A stretch of 46,440 bases of DNA from a virus (IMGVR_UViG_3300017965_000003:1-46440); one strand, 5' to 3'. Shown: positions 18,401-27,363, numbered from the stretch's first letter. Notes: a model not told the origin generated them from the letters alone. Translations and numbers: made by a program.

Positions 18401-19899
18401 GGCCCGCGTCGATCGTCAGCGCGACCCTGCCGGTCGGCTCGGTCGCGCCGCTCGGGGCGATCACCGGACTCACAGCGACGCCCGAAGCGCGCCGGGTCTT
18501 CGTGCAGTGGACCGCGAGCGGCACGACTGACACCGCGTTCTACGTCGTGCGCTACGGCCCGGCAGGCAGCACCTGGGCGAGCACGGCGGCGACGGAGCAG
18601 AAGATCAAGGCGAACCAGCTCGACCTGCCAGCCGCGAAATTCATCGCCGGCAGCTGGCTCGTTTTCGTGCTGCAGGAGGACGCAGCCGGGCAGCGCAGCG
18701 CGTCGATCAGCGCGCCGTTCACCGTGCTCCCGCCGCGTGCGGTGAACATCGTCGGGACGGCGGTCCAGAACACGGTCTTCTTGAGGTGGGGCTCGCTCTC
18801 GGGCATCCCGGCCGGCGACTGGACCTCACAGACCACGTTCCAGGTCGAGTATTACGAGGTGACGAAAACGAAGCTCGCGGGCCTCGATGCAGCCATGCGC
18901 GTGCTGCCGGGCGGCCTCGGCACCATCGCGGCCGAACTGGTCACGGCGCAGGACCTTGCGCAGCAGCGCGCCGAGGAACGCAGCGACCCGCCGGTCGACC
19001 TCGGTCGCTACGCGGGCGAATTCGCGGTGCTCTCCGAGCAGCAGGTCGGGAACTGGCACTACTGCATGCGGGGCGTCGACGTGCCCGGCAACTTGGCACC
19101 GCAGGCGTGCATCGATATCGCGGTCTTCGCGCCGTCGAATTACCTGCTGCTCGACACGCTCGCGAACATCCTGAACACGCCCGAGTGCATCAAGACGAAC
19201 GCGGTCCAGAACCCCGACCTGTCCTGGCTCGCGCCGGTGAACGAAACGGAGACCTGGGCGCAGCACTACACGTCGCACGCCTGGGTGAAGCCGGCCGACC
19301 AGATCGCGGCGGGGTTCCCCGTCTACGCGCAGCCGCCCGGCACGACGAAGGGCACGTTCTCGTGGACCCACGACTACGGGACCGCGCTGCCGAGCTTGCG
19401 GCTGACGGCCGCCGCGTACTACAGCGGGATCGGCGGGACGCCGGTGGTCACCGTCATCCTGTTCTCGAAGATCAACGCGGGCGACGCATGGGGCGAACTC
19501 GCGCGCACGAACACGTCGGTCACCGCGCTGCTGCCGCCGACGACGCGCTACATCCGAATCGACACCGAGGTGCTGTCGGACTCGCCGACGAACAAGGCCC
19601 TCGCTCAGGTCGACCGCGTGCAGTTCATCCTGGACGTGCAGTTCAAGGACGACAGCGGGGTCGTGACGGTGCCGTCCGTGACCGGCACGCCACCCGGCGC
19701 GGTCGCGGGTGTCGCAACGGTCGTCTTCAACGTGCCGTTCCTCGACGTGCGTTCGGTGCAGCTCACGAGCAACGATCCCGCGATCGCGTACGCGCGATAC
19801 GACCTCGCGCCCGACGACCAGTCGATGACGGTCTATTCGTTCAACGCAAGCGCGGTGCCGACCGGCGGCAAGGTCGCGTGGAGCGCACGCGGCATCTGA
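15460..19899 (+). CDS. Central tail fibre / tip attachment protein (gpI-gpJ-like fusion)
   Basis: N-terminal ubiquitin-like/gpI region, PRVLGKHRVYPD, SNPAW, RGDLIGIAHD, FN3-like repeats; GAGGGG RBS before ATG at 15460. Confidence 0.88.
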   Translation: MDVVVRPHVLSDREAATLDCAEGTTLAQMVAAFPWPDGVERHVVALVNGQCVPREWWPRVRPLAGARVLLALGLSNGEGDKQTLALIASIAVSVASMGAASSMMAAGYTSFAAGIASAGIAIVGNLAIAAIFKPPPVRFDQNPGQSVSKQYTFGGQSNALRPYGVLPRVLGKHRVYPDLIGTPYTEIKGDDQWLKALYCFGYGGVTIEAICIGDNPIDNYESIYRPWPDYKRGDPLELYLTDVAMDQYALATSLNTAVFVRTRPDTNSATLDISYPSGLGKLNMTNGGIDPVSALTRLYFRAASAAAGDPWLPVVAAPWWSISEGVMSGRYPATITATLVQATDPAAPRYATIPKGTTTVTLTAWDTTRPPKKDDYLRFGGYARALVLSFAPPVVTLTAPTAIAISIPDYGSGSTASIAAAYDTTDPSIWTVTRHQYEPFITAFTIHFPSSGQWDIQIIQVTPPDGSASADRTVTGLRSEKLGSIPVYPDIGVPLALLELKIKATAQLSGVVATLNAIVTTKVPTWTGSAWTAADVVGASNPAWQFCELLRGVANTRAIDANPAVAPTRLDMVTIKRWADYCDTVAAGFTEPNGRCNFVVDRPYTLWELLSSVCTAGRAMPTMKDNRYSVIIDEEVKPEIQIFSSRNSWGLSARRKYLPLPHALRAKWVNPKAGYVEDDAPIYAAGYSEQGEAGGTVAARVFEDLTLFGCTSWEQANRDGRLWFARAQLQQEEFSISTDIENVVCTRGDLIGIAHDVLQVGGWSARIAARTGADLQFDSTLKPFATPWALRHRSAAGAISAALPFIAKVGSPGWFTVTGLPASAAVGDLVLYGTSGVEQGRYIVKAVTPGNDLTATIDCIEYAPGIYAAEKGPIPPYVPQGQSPQTFNPQPVLGLTATVTAWTDGRYPHASVTLQWTPPASTLPPVNYIVSSVAADGTSREIARTTNLTYTPLPDAETWHAPYSGAVVRFSVTPQWQGLVGPASIVSATLPVGSVAPLGAITGLTATPEARRVFVQWTASGTTDTAFYVVRYGPAGSTWASTAATEQKIKANQLDLPAAKFIAGSWLVFVLQEDAAGQRSASISAPFTVLPPRAVNIVGTAVQNTVFLRWGSLSGIPAGDWTSQTTFQVEYYEVTKTKLAGLDAAMRVLPGGLGTIAAELVTAQDLAQQRAEERSDPPVDLGRYAGEFAVLSEQQVGNWHYCMRGVDVPGNLAPQACIDIAVFAPSNYLLLDTLANILNTPECIKTNAVQNPDLSWLAPVNETETWAQHYTSHAWVKPADQIAAGFPVYAQPPGTTKGTFSWTHDYGTALPSLRLTAAAYYSGIGGTPVVTVILFSKINAGDAWGELARTNTSVTALLPPTTRYIRIDTEVLSDSPTNKALAQVDRVQFILDVQFKDDSGVVTVPSVTGTPPGAVAGVATVVFNVPFLDVRSVQLTSNDPAIAYARYDLAPDDQSMTVYSFNASAVPTGGKVAWSARGI

Positions 19900-19912
19900 C
19901 AGGAGAACCCTC

Positions 19913-21865
19913 ATGGCATCGCCCGACCTCTCGCATCCCGTCGAAGCCGACCGCTACGACGGAGGGCTCGCCGGCACCGGCTGGCCCGGCTACCTCAACG
20001 CGAACATGGGCGCGCTCGCCACGTGGCTGGAGACCGACGCGGCGAACAAGCCGGTCGGTACGAAGCGCGTCAGCGGCGGCGAGGTGCAGCGCTGGGACGG
20101 CGCAGCGTGGCAGACCCTCGCGCTCAACTACCTGCGCTCGACCGGCGGCAGCGCGAGCGCGCCGATCAGCTTTCCGCTCGGCACTGCACCGCTGCCGTCG
20201 ATCTACTTCGCGACCGACACCGATACCGGGTTCTATTCGCCCGGCGCGGATCAGGTCGCCATCACGACGGGCGGCATCCGGCGACTGCACGTCGGCGCGG
20301 CCGGCGGGATTTCGCAAGGCACCCCTACCCCGTCGTCCACCTACGGTTATCGACAACTGCTGACGCTGACCGGTGGCACGACCGGGCGCGGGTTCCAAGC
20401 GGAGAACACCTTCGCCTCTGACGTCACGACTTCCGGTGTCGGCTACGACACATCGATCACGACTGCAGCGGCGACCTTCACGCTGGCGCAGATGGTTCAC
20501 TTTCGCGCGAACCAAGCCGCGATTGGCGCGGGCTCGACGGTCACGGCTCAATACGGCTTTCTCGCGCAGTCGAGTCTGACCGGCGCGGGTCTGAACTTCG
20601 GCTTTTACGCCAACCTGACGTCCGCGACGGGTCGCTGGAACTTCTACGCGAACGGCACCGCTCCGAGCTTCTTCGAGGGCATGCTGATGGTCGGGCAGTA
20701 CGACGTGGTTATCCCCGGCATCACGCAGAGCTATGGGACGATGCTGGGGGGCACGAGCGCGGCCAAGCACAACCTGCTGATGGTCCGCTTTAACGCCGAC
20801 AACAACGGCGTCGAGTTGTTCATGGCGAAGTCCAAAAGTTCGACGCTCGGCACCTTCGCCGCGCCCGCGAGCGGCGACGTGCTCGGGCGGCTTCGCTTCA
20901 TGGCCGATGACGGCGCGTCGACCTTCACCGAGCCCGCGCGCATCGAAGCGCAGGCCGATGGCGCGATGAGTTCGACCAGCATGCCGGGCCTGCTCCGCTT
21001 CATGACGACACCGGTCGGCGCGGTCCTGCCGATCGAGCGCGCCAGGGTCGACAACGCGGGCAACGTGCTGGTCAACACGACGACTTCGCTCTACGGGCTC
21101 ACCGGGCGCGGCATCGTCGAAATCAACGGGACGGCCGCCGCTGCGGTGGGCTTGAAGGTCGCGAGCGTGGGCGCGGGGTACCTCATCGCCGGCGCGACGA
21201 ACGTCGACCTCTTCGCGAGCGCGGGCCGCATCCTGACCTTCGGCGCGAACGGCGCGGAGGGGATGCGACTCGACACCGCGATGAACCTCGGGGTCGGCAC
21301 CGCGCCGGGCAGCGGCATCCGCTTGCACGCGAAGGTGACGGGCGCGTCCGCCGTCGTGCAGATCGAGAACGACATCAACTCCGACGCATCGTTCCGCGCG
21401 AAGACGGCGATCGGCTACTGGGGCATGGGCTGCGGCATCGGTGCGAACGCAAACGCCTTTATCGTCTACGACTTCAACGCCGGCGCGCAGCGCATGTCGA
21501 TCGACTCGAATGGGCGCATCGCGGATGGCGCGGGCAACGAGTTGGGCTATCGCGGCGCGCCGCTCGTCGGCTACACGGGGGCGAGTTCGCTTGCGCTGAC
21601 CGACCGGGGCAAGACCCATTTCAAGAACGACGCCACCCAGGTGACGGTGCCGGCCGGCGTGTTCACCGGCGGCGACGTCGTGTCGATTCTCAATTTTTCG
21701 GCGTCGAATATGACGATTATCGGGACTGCGTTGGCGGGTGTCGGCGGGGCCCTGATGCTCAGCGGCACGGCCCTGTCGGGCAATCGAACGCTGCTGGCCT
21801 ACGGGGTCTGTACGCTGATTTTTCTTGGCCCGAACCACGCGATGATCTCCGGGTCGGTGACATGA
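19913..21865 (+). CDS. Tail fibre / receptor-binding protein
   Basis: AGGAG RBS; Gly/Thr/Ala-rich; PSIYFATDTDTGFY, ERARVDNAGNVLV and RMSIDSNG fibre motifs. Confidence 0.85.
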   Translation: MASPDLSHPVEADRYDGGLAGTGWPGYLNANMGALATWLETDAANKPVGTKRVSGGEVQRWDGAAWQTLALNYLRSTGGSASAPISFPLGTAPLPSIYFATDTDTGFYSPGADQVAITTGGIRRLHVGAAGGISQGTPTPSSTYGYRQLLTLTGGTTGRGFQAENTFASDVTTSGVGYDTSITTAAATFTLAQMVHFRANQAAIGAGSTVTAQYGFLAQSSLTGAGLNFGFYANLTSATGRWNFYANGTAPSFFEGMLMVGQYDVVIPGITQSYGTMLGGTSAAKHNLLMVRFNADNNGVELFMAKSKSSTLGTFAAPASGDVLGRLRFMADDGASTFTEPARIEAQADGAMSSTSMPGLLRFMTTPVGAVLPIERARVDNAGNVLVNTTTSLYGLTGRGIVEINGTAAAAVGLKVASVGAGYLIAGATNVDLFASAGRILTFGANGAEGMRLDTAMNLGVGTAPGSGIRLHAKVTGASAVVQIENDINSDASFRAKTAIGYWGMGCGIGANANAFIVYDFNAGAQRMSIDSNGRIADGAGNELGYRGAPLVGYTGASSLALTDRGKTHFKNDATQVTVPAGVFTGGDVVSILNFSASNMTIIGTALAGVGGALMLSGTALSGNRTLLAYGVCTLIFLGPNHAMISGSVT

Positions 21866-22242
21866 GCGGCGTCCAGATGCTGATGCTTGCCGGCGGCCTG
21901 CCCGAGCTGCAGGTCAGCGTCGCGCCGACGACCGTCAGCGGCAACGGCAGCACGACGACCTCGGGCGGGAGCTGCGCCGCGACGACCGGCGCAGCCGTCG
22001 TGACCGCGAACGGCGGCGGCTCGGTGACCTACGCCTGGGCCTTCGTCAGCGGCACGACAGCCGGAGTCAATGCGACGTTCTCGGCGTCGACCACCTTCAC
22101 GCGCAACGCCGCCGCCGGCACCGCAGCGGGCGTGCCCCGCAACTACACCGGCGTGTACCGCTGCACGGTCACGCCGTCCTACGGCGCGGCGAAGACAGTC
22201 GACGTGACCGTGTCGACGAACCACACTTACACCGGCACCTGA
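21862..22242 (+). CDS. Small fibre-associated beta-sandwich-like protein
   Basis: ATGA-coupled; Thr/Gly-rich with VTYAW...YRCTVT Ig-like pattern. Confidence 0.65.
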   Translation: MSGVQMLMLAGGLPELQVSVAPTTVSGNGSTTTSGGSCAATTGAAVVTANGGGSVTYAWAFVSGTTAGVNATFSASTTFTRNAAAGTAAGVPRNYTGVYRCTVTPSYGAAKTVDVTVSTNHTYTGT

Positions 22243-22253
22243 AAGGCCACCCC

Positions 22254-22520
22254 ATGAACAAGCTCCCCGACCGCTTCCTGCTGCCTGTCACGGCGCAGGG
22301 CTGGAACTACATCCGGCAGCTTCTCGACGGCCGCCCGCACGGCGAGGTGCGCGGGCTGGTCGACGCGCTCGACGCCGCCGTCGCGCAGCAGATCGAGCAG
22401 GCGAACGCGCCGCCGCAGCAGCCGGACGAGCCGTACCGGCCTGAGCAACCGGAGCACACAATGGGTGGCAAAGCGAACGGGCGCGCCGCGCCGGCCGCAG
22501 AACAGGAGCACAAGAAATGA
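22254..22520 (+). CDS. Hypothetical protein (possible fibre chaperone)
   Basis: Short helical ORF (WNYIRQLLDGRPHGEVRGLV) typical of proteins that follow fibres. Confidence 0.55.
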   Translation: MNKLPDRFLLPVTAQGWNYIRQLLDGRPHGEVRGLVDALDAAVAQQIEQANAPPQQPDEPYRPEQPEHTMGGKANGRAAPAAEQEHKK

Positions 22521-22975
22521 ATGTCACGCTGATCAACATGACGACCGTCGAGGTCCCGCTGAGCTGCACCCAGGGAGACGGCTTCGCGGTGCAGCTCGAC
22601 CCGGGTGCGGCCTACGCAATCGACGATGACCGGGTGACTGTCGTCACCGTGGGCGAGAACGCGTCGCTGCGCGAGGACGTCACCGACTTTCTCGACGACG
22701 TGCGCGACGCGCTGCTGCGGCTCGTGACCTTCTGGCGCGCGCACGCACCGAAGGCCGAGCCGATGACCAGCGGCGCGCACCCGGCACCGGTCGTGAAAGT
22801 CATGATCGACAACTCGCGCGGCGTGCGGGGTCTGCGTGTCCTGCAGGGGGACGACCGCACGAACGACTTCGAGATCGGACCGCGCGAGAAGGCCGAAGCC
22901 ACCGGCCTCGATTACGTCGAGCTGCGCGAGCTGGGCGTCGGCGAAGCCGAAGACAACACCGACCAGACGGGGTGA
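22517..22975 (+). CDS. Hypothetical acidic protein
   Basis: AGGAG RBS, ATGA overlap, codon usage. Confidence 0.65.
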   Translation: MNVTLINMTTVEVPLSCTQGDGFAVQLDPGAAYAIDDDRVTVVTVGENASLREDVTDFLDDVRDALLRLVTFWRAHAPKAEPMTSGAHPAPVVKVMIDNSRGVRGLRVLQGDDRTNDFEIGPREKAEATGLDYVELRELGVGEAEDNTDQTG

Positions 22976-22980
22976 CCACC

Positions 22981-23121
22981 ATGACCGTACACGCACTGCT
23001 CCTGTTCGCCGCCCTGGTGCTGTTCGTCCTGGCCGCGATCGGCGTGCCGGCCGGGCGGGTCAACCTCACCGCTGCGGGGCTCGCATGTCTCGCCCTCGCG
23101 CTGCTTTTGCCTGCGCTGTAG
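22981..23121 (+). CDS. 46-aa two-TM membrane protein (holin-like candidate); not in the ORF track
   Basis: MTVHALLLFAALVLFVLAAIGVPAGRVNLTAAGLACLALALLLPAL*; at the end of the late operon. Confidence 0.6.
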   Translation: MTVHALLLFAALVLFVLAAIGVPAGRVNLTAAGLACLALALLLPAL

Positions 23122-23294
23122 CCGCAACGATCGCCGCCGCTTGCGCGTTCGTGTCGGGGCCGTGCACGCTCAGCAAGGGCGTCGCGATCGCGACCGTGCA
23201 CTGCGAGGTCGGCGGCCGGGTGCTGATCATCCCGGCGACCGTCATCGAAGAGATCGGCGACGCGGCCGACCCGCGACCGATTTTCAAGCCCTAG
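23085..23294 (+). CDS. Small hypothetical protein with hydrophobic N-terminus
   Basis: MSRPRAAFACAVAATIAAACAF...; overlaps the 46-aa ORF. Confidence 0.35.
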   Translation: MSRPRAAFACAVAATIAAACAFVSGPCTLSKGVAIATVHCEVGGRVLIIPATVIEEIGDAADPRPIFKP

Positions 23295-23349
23295 AAGGGG
23301 GTCGGCCCGGTCGCAGGTAGCACGACAAGGGCCGCCCCTGGATCGCCGC

Positions 23350-23637
23350 TCACAGCTCGGATTTCGGGCCCCCGTCCCCCACCTTGCGCTGCTCATCATT
23401 GCGCATGTACTCCACGATCGCGCCGTACAGCCAACGCCGCGCGCCGCGCGCGCTCGTGCGCAGCGGCTTCGGGAAGTCGGGCAGGTGTTGCAGGCGCGTC
23501 AGACCGCGCGGTGAGACCCCGAGCATTTCGCAGACTTCGGACGCGACTAGCACGCGCCAATACTCGATTGCGGGATCGTTCGGAAAAAGGTCATCCTCGA
23601 CGCCTTCACGAGGCGGTCGGTCTTTGCTCTTGGGCAT
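23350..23637 (-). CDS. AlpA/excisionase-like winged-HTH protein
   Basis: SEVCEMLGVSPRGLTRL...DFPKPLRTSARGARRWLYGAIVEYM; GGAG RBS before ATG at 23637. Confidence 0.8.
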   Translation of the reverse strand: MPKSKDRPPREGVEDDLFPNDPAIEYWRVLVASEVCEMLGVSPRGLTRLQHLPDFPKPLRTSARGARRWLYGAIVEYMRNDEQRKVGDGGPKSEL

Positions 23638-23756
23638 GTCACGCTCCGGTCGTTGTCCACCGTCGCATGACGTCTCCGTTCTTGCTGTTGTTCTGCATGT
23701 GGCCGACCTCTCATAAACTGCAAACCCAAGTGCGGCCCTCGGACATGAAGTGCAGC

Positions 23757-23838
23757 AATCTGGCCCTGCCACCCTCGCGTGTCAACTGAGTGACCCCACA
23801 CTGACTCGGGTTTACACGAGTGCTGTTTTACGCATAAT
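23757..23838. promoter_or_regulatory. Divergent sigma70-like promoter pair
   Basis: Plus strand: TTTACA (23811) -16- CATAAT (23833). Minus strand: TTGACA (23785-23780) -17- CAGATT. An ACTCG-N8-CGAGT inverted repeat spans the plus -35. Confidence 0.5.
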
Positions 23839-23893
23839 GGCGCGGGCTTTCTGCCCGCTTGAGACACCCCACTCATCGAAAGGAATTCACCCC

Positions 23894-25210
23894 ATGCCCA
23901 CCGATGTGATCCGCTGGACACGCGCCGAATGGCACGCCGTGCTCGTGCGCGCCGTCCCGCTTGCCGCGCGCACCAATCGCCTGCTGTATCAGGCGATGGC
24001 CGAGGCTCAGGATGTGCTCTCGGAGGGTCGACGACGAGAGGTCGACCAGATTCGTTTTTCGGTGCAGCGGGGGAAGCATGCGCGGTACCTCGACGAGCTG
24101 AACGCTATGACCCACGTCGAGCGCGATGCGCTGCTGCCTGAGGGCGAACGATCGGACCCGTCGGCACCGGAGCCGATCCGCACCTACAAATTCAAGCACG
24201 CGTCTCCCGAGGTTCGCGCGATGCGCGCGACCTACACCGGCCGCGAGTGGACGTCGAGCGATTGGGCACGTATCGCGAAGCGCGTCGACGAACGGCGCGC
24301 TGCTGGAGATAGCCGCAATGAGGACATTGTCGTTATCGATGCACAGGACGAGGTCCTGCCACAGGATCGGCGCAGGAAGGGCCACGGCATACGCAAAGCG
24401 TTCATGCGGAATATCTCGGCGTGGACCGAGCACATGCGCAAGGGCCGCGCCGATGCGTGGACACTCTCCGAGCCGACTCCAGAGAGCACAGCGGCCGATC
24501 TCTCGACGCGCAGCGCGATCGAGTTCGTCGAGGCTCAGCTCGACGCCGAGCCGGCTCTCGTCATTCACACGAACGGGCAGGATCGCACTGCCGAGCTGGC
24601 GCGCGCATTCGAGTTCCACCCCGCTGGCGTCCAACGCTCGCCGGTGGCGGTGCAGTTTGCCGAGTCGATGGCTGGTCTCGTCGACCAGCTCCTGGCCGAG
24701 CAGCGGCGCAGCGTGCTCGCGGAGCTGGCCGAGCGCATCCCGCAGCAGGTCGCCGAGATCGTCACGCGGGACCTGCAGGCGATGCTGACCGCGACGGTGC
24801 ACCGGCTCATCGAAGCCGAGTTGGGGCCCGTCGCCGCGCCGCCGGCCGCAGTCCAACCGCAATCCAAGCAGACTGTTCCGAGCATGTCGCCGCCGGCTGC
24901 GCCCGCGCGCCCGAAGCGCATCCCGATCGACGTCGTCGGCCTGTCCGGGCATCCTGTGACGGAGGTTCAGGACGCGCTCGACAGCCTCGATTCGATCGAC
25001 CTGCGGTTCGTGCCACCCGAGAAGGTCCCGAGCACGCACCTAAGGGCGAACGTCATCGCGGTGACGAAGTTCGTAGGGCATGACGTCTACGCCCGCGCGA
25101 AGAAACACGGCGCGACGGTGACGCGGGTCAACGGCGCGGCCGAGACGGTCATCGCCGCAGTCCGGCAGCTCGTCGAGCAGCAGCATGTCGAAGCGGCCCC
25201 CGTCCACTAG
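23894..25210 (+). CDS. Hypothetical protein: two N-terminal repeated modules, coiled coil and DUF2325-like C-terminal alpha/beta domain
   Basis: AAGGA RBS; RWTRAEW...EAQDVLSEGRRR and EWTSSDW...DAQDEVLPQDRRR; C-terminal IDVVGL...VIAVTKFVGHDVYARAKK. Confidence 0.7.
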   Translation: MPTDVIRWTRAEWHAVLVRAVPLAARTNRLLYQAMAEAQDVLSEGRRREVDQIRFSVQRGKHARYLDELNAMTHVERDALLPEGERSDPSAPEPIRTYKFKHASPEVRAMRATYTGREWTSSDWARIAKRVDERRAAGDSRNEDIVVIDAQDEVLPQDRRRKGHGIRKAFMRNISAWTEHMRKGRADAWTLSEPTPESTAADLSTRSAIEFVEAQLDAEPALVIHTNGQDRTAELARAFEFHPAGVQRSPVAVQFAESMAGLVDQLLAEQRRSVLAELAERIPQQVAEIVTRDLQAMLTATVHRLIEAELGPVAAPPAAVQPQSKQTVPSMSPPAAPARPKRIPIDVVGLSGHPVTEVQDALDSLDSIDLRFVPPEKVPSTHLRANVIAVTKFVGHDVYARAKKHGATVTRVNGAAETVIAAVRQLVEQQHVEAAPVH

Positions 25211-25284
25211 GCGTGCGAAGGTCAAGCCGGGACAATCCTGCTCGCGTCGGTCTCACCGGAGACCGGGCGAACAGGAGTACACCC

Positions 25285-27363
25285 ATGCGACGCATCATCC
25301 AAGCATGCGGCCTGCTGCTGGCGATGGCGGCCAGCCTCGTCAGCGGTGCCGACGTCTCGGTCACACCGGGGCCATCCGACCTCTTCAAGGGAAGCGCGAA
25401 GCTCTCGACGCACAGCAGGGTCGAGCAGTGCATCGACGCGGCGATTCACGCGGGCGACGGCGCGTATGCGTGTCTCACCGCGTCAACGGTCGCGGTGCAG
25501 GCAGGGACACCGAACGTCTGCGGCGCGGGCGATATCGGCGGCTGGACCGTGCCGGTGCCGACGCCGCTCGACACGACGGTGCTGGCGGCGACCGACAAGG
25601 CGCAGCCGGGTTCGCGTCTGTACTACATCAGCGCGGCGACGGGCAACGACGCGACGGGCGTCGTCTACTTCTGGGACGGCACGCAGGTGGTCGATGCGGC
25701 TGGCGCGACCTACGGGACTGACCCGATGAACCCGGTCGGCGTGAAGCCCTTCAAGCGCTGGTCGTGGGTCGCACCGCGCCGTGCGACGAACACCGACATT
25801 GGCACGACCGGCTACTTCGGCGACGCGTGGCCCGGCTTCCGTGGCGGCTACCCTGACTGGTGGCTGTTCCGGCGCGGTGAGACCTACGATATCAAGGCCG
25901 ACGTCGAGTCGTTCGACGCCGAGAAGCAGCAGGTCGGCACGAACAAGTATGCCGGCCTGACGATCCCGGGCGGCCGCAGCGCGACCGAGCGGCAGATCAT
26001 GGGCGCATACGGCGACCTCTGCGCGGCGCGCCCGCGCTTCGTCCATCCGCTGAGCGGCTTCGCCAACCGGGGCGCGCGTTCAGGCATGTTCGATTTCAAG
26101 CACGCCATGTACCAATCGCTCCACTTCGACGCGCACGACCGCCCGGCGGGCACGCACATCGGCATCAGCTGGAACACGATGACCGAGGCCAGCGTCGATA
26201 TCGTCATGGAGGACGTGTGGATCGACGGCAGCGGACTCGGCATCGGCGACGACAACGCGGGGCAGTTCCTGCTGCGTCGCGTGCTCATCACCGACAGCTT
26301 CATGGAGCACAACGAGTCGCACGCCCAGGGCCTGTACTACGAAGGCGCGCGCGTCGGCTGGCTGCGCGTCGAGGACTCGATCCTGATGCGCAACGGCTTC
26401 ACCAACGGCGACCCGTCGAAGACGCCTTGGCCGCCGACCGGCACGCAAATCTGGGACCTCTACAGCCGCAACCAGTACATCAACGGCATGTACGACTCGT
26501 CGAAGTCGGGCCTGTTCGACTCCGTGTCGATGATCGGCGCGAGCGGCGACCAGTGGCGCGGCGGCGGGCGCATCCAGCGCAACTTCCTTTACAACGGCTA
26601 CTTCAACGTCGGCGCGCGCGGCGGCTATCCCGACGAGGAAGGGTACTCGGGGCAGGTGCTGAACAACGTGTTGCAGCGCTTCGTTGGCACCGGCACCGAT
26701 GACAACAGGGGCCAGCCTGGGTGGGGCTTCGACGTCTCGGCAGGATCGGCCTTCGTCTACGTCGCGGGCAACATCGTGACCGGCGCGCAGCACCCGTCGA
26801 AATACTGGGGGCTCAAGTTCAGTCCGATCCAGCAGGACTGCTACGCGCAGCCGGTGCACCCGACGCGGAACAACAAGGCGGTCGCGAACATCGTCGATAG
26901 CGGCAGCGCGAGCGCGGGCCTGCAGGTGCTCGACGGGACGACGACCGATTGCTTCGTCGACACGATCCCCGTGCCCGGCGTGGTCGGCAACAAGATGGCC
27001 GACAACGTGGTGGTCAACGACAAGAGCGTGGAGCACGAATACGTCGCGACCGGCAAGGCACCGCCGACGACCGACACGCAGTTCAGCGGAAACCGGGTCT
27101 TCGCGAGCCGCGCCGAAGCCGCCGCCGCGCTTGGCTGGCCGGACCCGAATCGCACGCTCAAGACGTACATGAAAGCGCGGGGCGTCGACGTGAAGTCGGT
27201 CGACGGGTTCCCGGAATACTTCGCGCGCGCGACGAAGCTGCAGCGGGGCAAGTGGGACCCGCAGTGGACCGCGCGACCCATGGTCGATTACGTGCGCGAG
27301 GGCTTCGGCATGGGGCCCATCGGCGCGCAGCTCGCGGACCCGACCAGGAGCAAGACACGATGA
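25285..27363 (+). CDS. Secreted protein with probable parallel beta-helix (pectate-lyase-like) fold
   Basis: AGGAG RBS; Sec-type signal MRRIIQACGLLLAMAASLVSG; YYISAATGNDA motif; Asn/Gly-rich strands (LRVEDSILMRNG, IQRNFLYNG, VLNNVL, VAGNIV). Confidence 0.7.
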   Translation: MRRIIQACGLLLAMAASLVSGADVSVTPGPSDLFKGSAKLSTHSRVEQCIDAAIHAGDGAYACLTASTVAVQAGTPNVCGAGDIGGWTVPVPTPLDTTVLAATDKAQPGSRLYYISAATGNDATGVVYFWDGTQVVDAAGATYGTDPMNPVGVKPFKRWSWVAPRRATNTDIGTTGYFGDAWPGFRGGYPDWWLFRRGETYDIKADVESFDAEKQQVGTNKYAGLTIPGGRSATERQIMGAYGDLCAARPRFVHPLSGFANRGARSGMFDFKHAMYQSLHFDAHDRPAGTHIGISWNTMTEASVDIVMEDVWIDGSGLGIGDDNAGQFLLRRVLITDSFMEHNESHAQGLYYEGARVGWLRVEDSILMRNGFTNGDPSKTPWPPTGTQIWDLYSRNQYINGMYDSSKSGLFDSVSMIGASGDQWRGGGRIQRNFLYNGYFNVGARGGYPDEEGYSGQVLNNVLQRFVGTGTDDNRGQPGWGFDVSAGSAFVYVAGNIVTGAQHPSKYWGLKFSPIQQDCYAQPVHPTRNNKAVANIVDSGSASAGLQVLDGTTTDCFVDTIPVPGVVGNKMADNVVVNDKSVEHEYVATGKAPPTTDTQFSGNRVFASRAEAAAALGWPDPNRTLKTYMKARGVDVKSVDGFPEYFARATKLQRGKWDPQWTARPMVDYVREGFGMGPIGAQLADPTRSKTR

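Noticed and set aside
406-21838. Many long antisense or alternate-frame ORFs (e.g. 406..2346, 3262..5139, 12683..14521, 15511..17445, 16035..18266, 19841..21838)
   Set aside because: Shadow ORFs expected from high GC3; they overlap well-supported genes and are Arg/Ala/Gly-rich without motifs
19913-22242. Diversity-generating retroelement or invertible fibre cassette
   Set aside because: No reverse transcriptase, no template/variable repeat pair and no inverted fibre copies seen; the recombinase is integrase-sized and distant
23296-23339. Hairpin between the late operon and the alpA-like gene as an intrinsic terminator
   Set aside because: The stem is present but there is no U-tract on either strand, so it is not called
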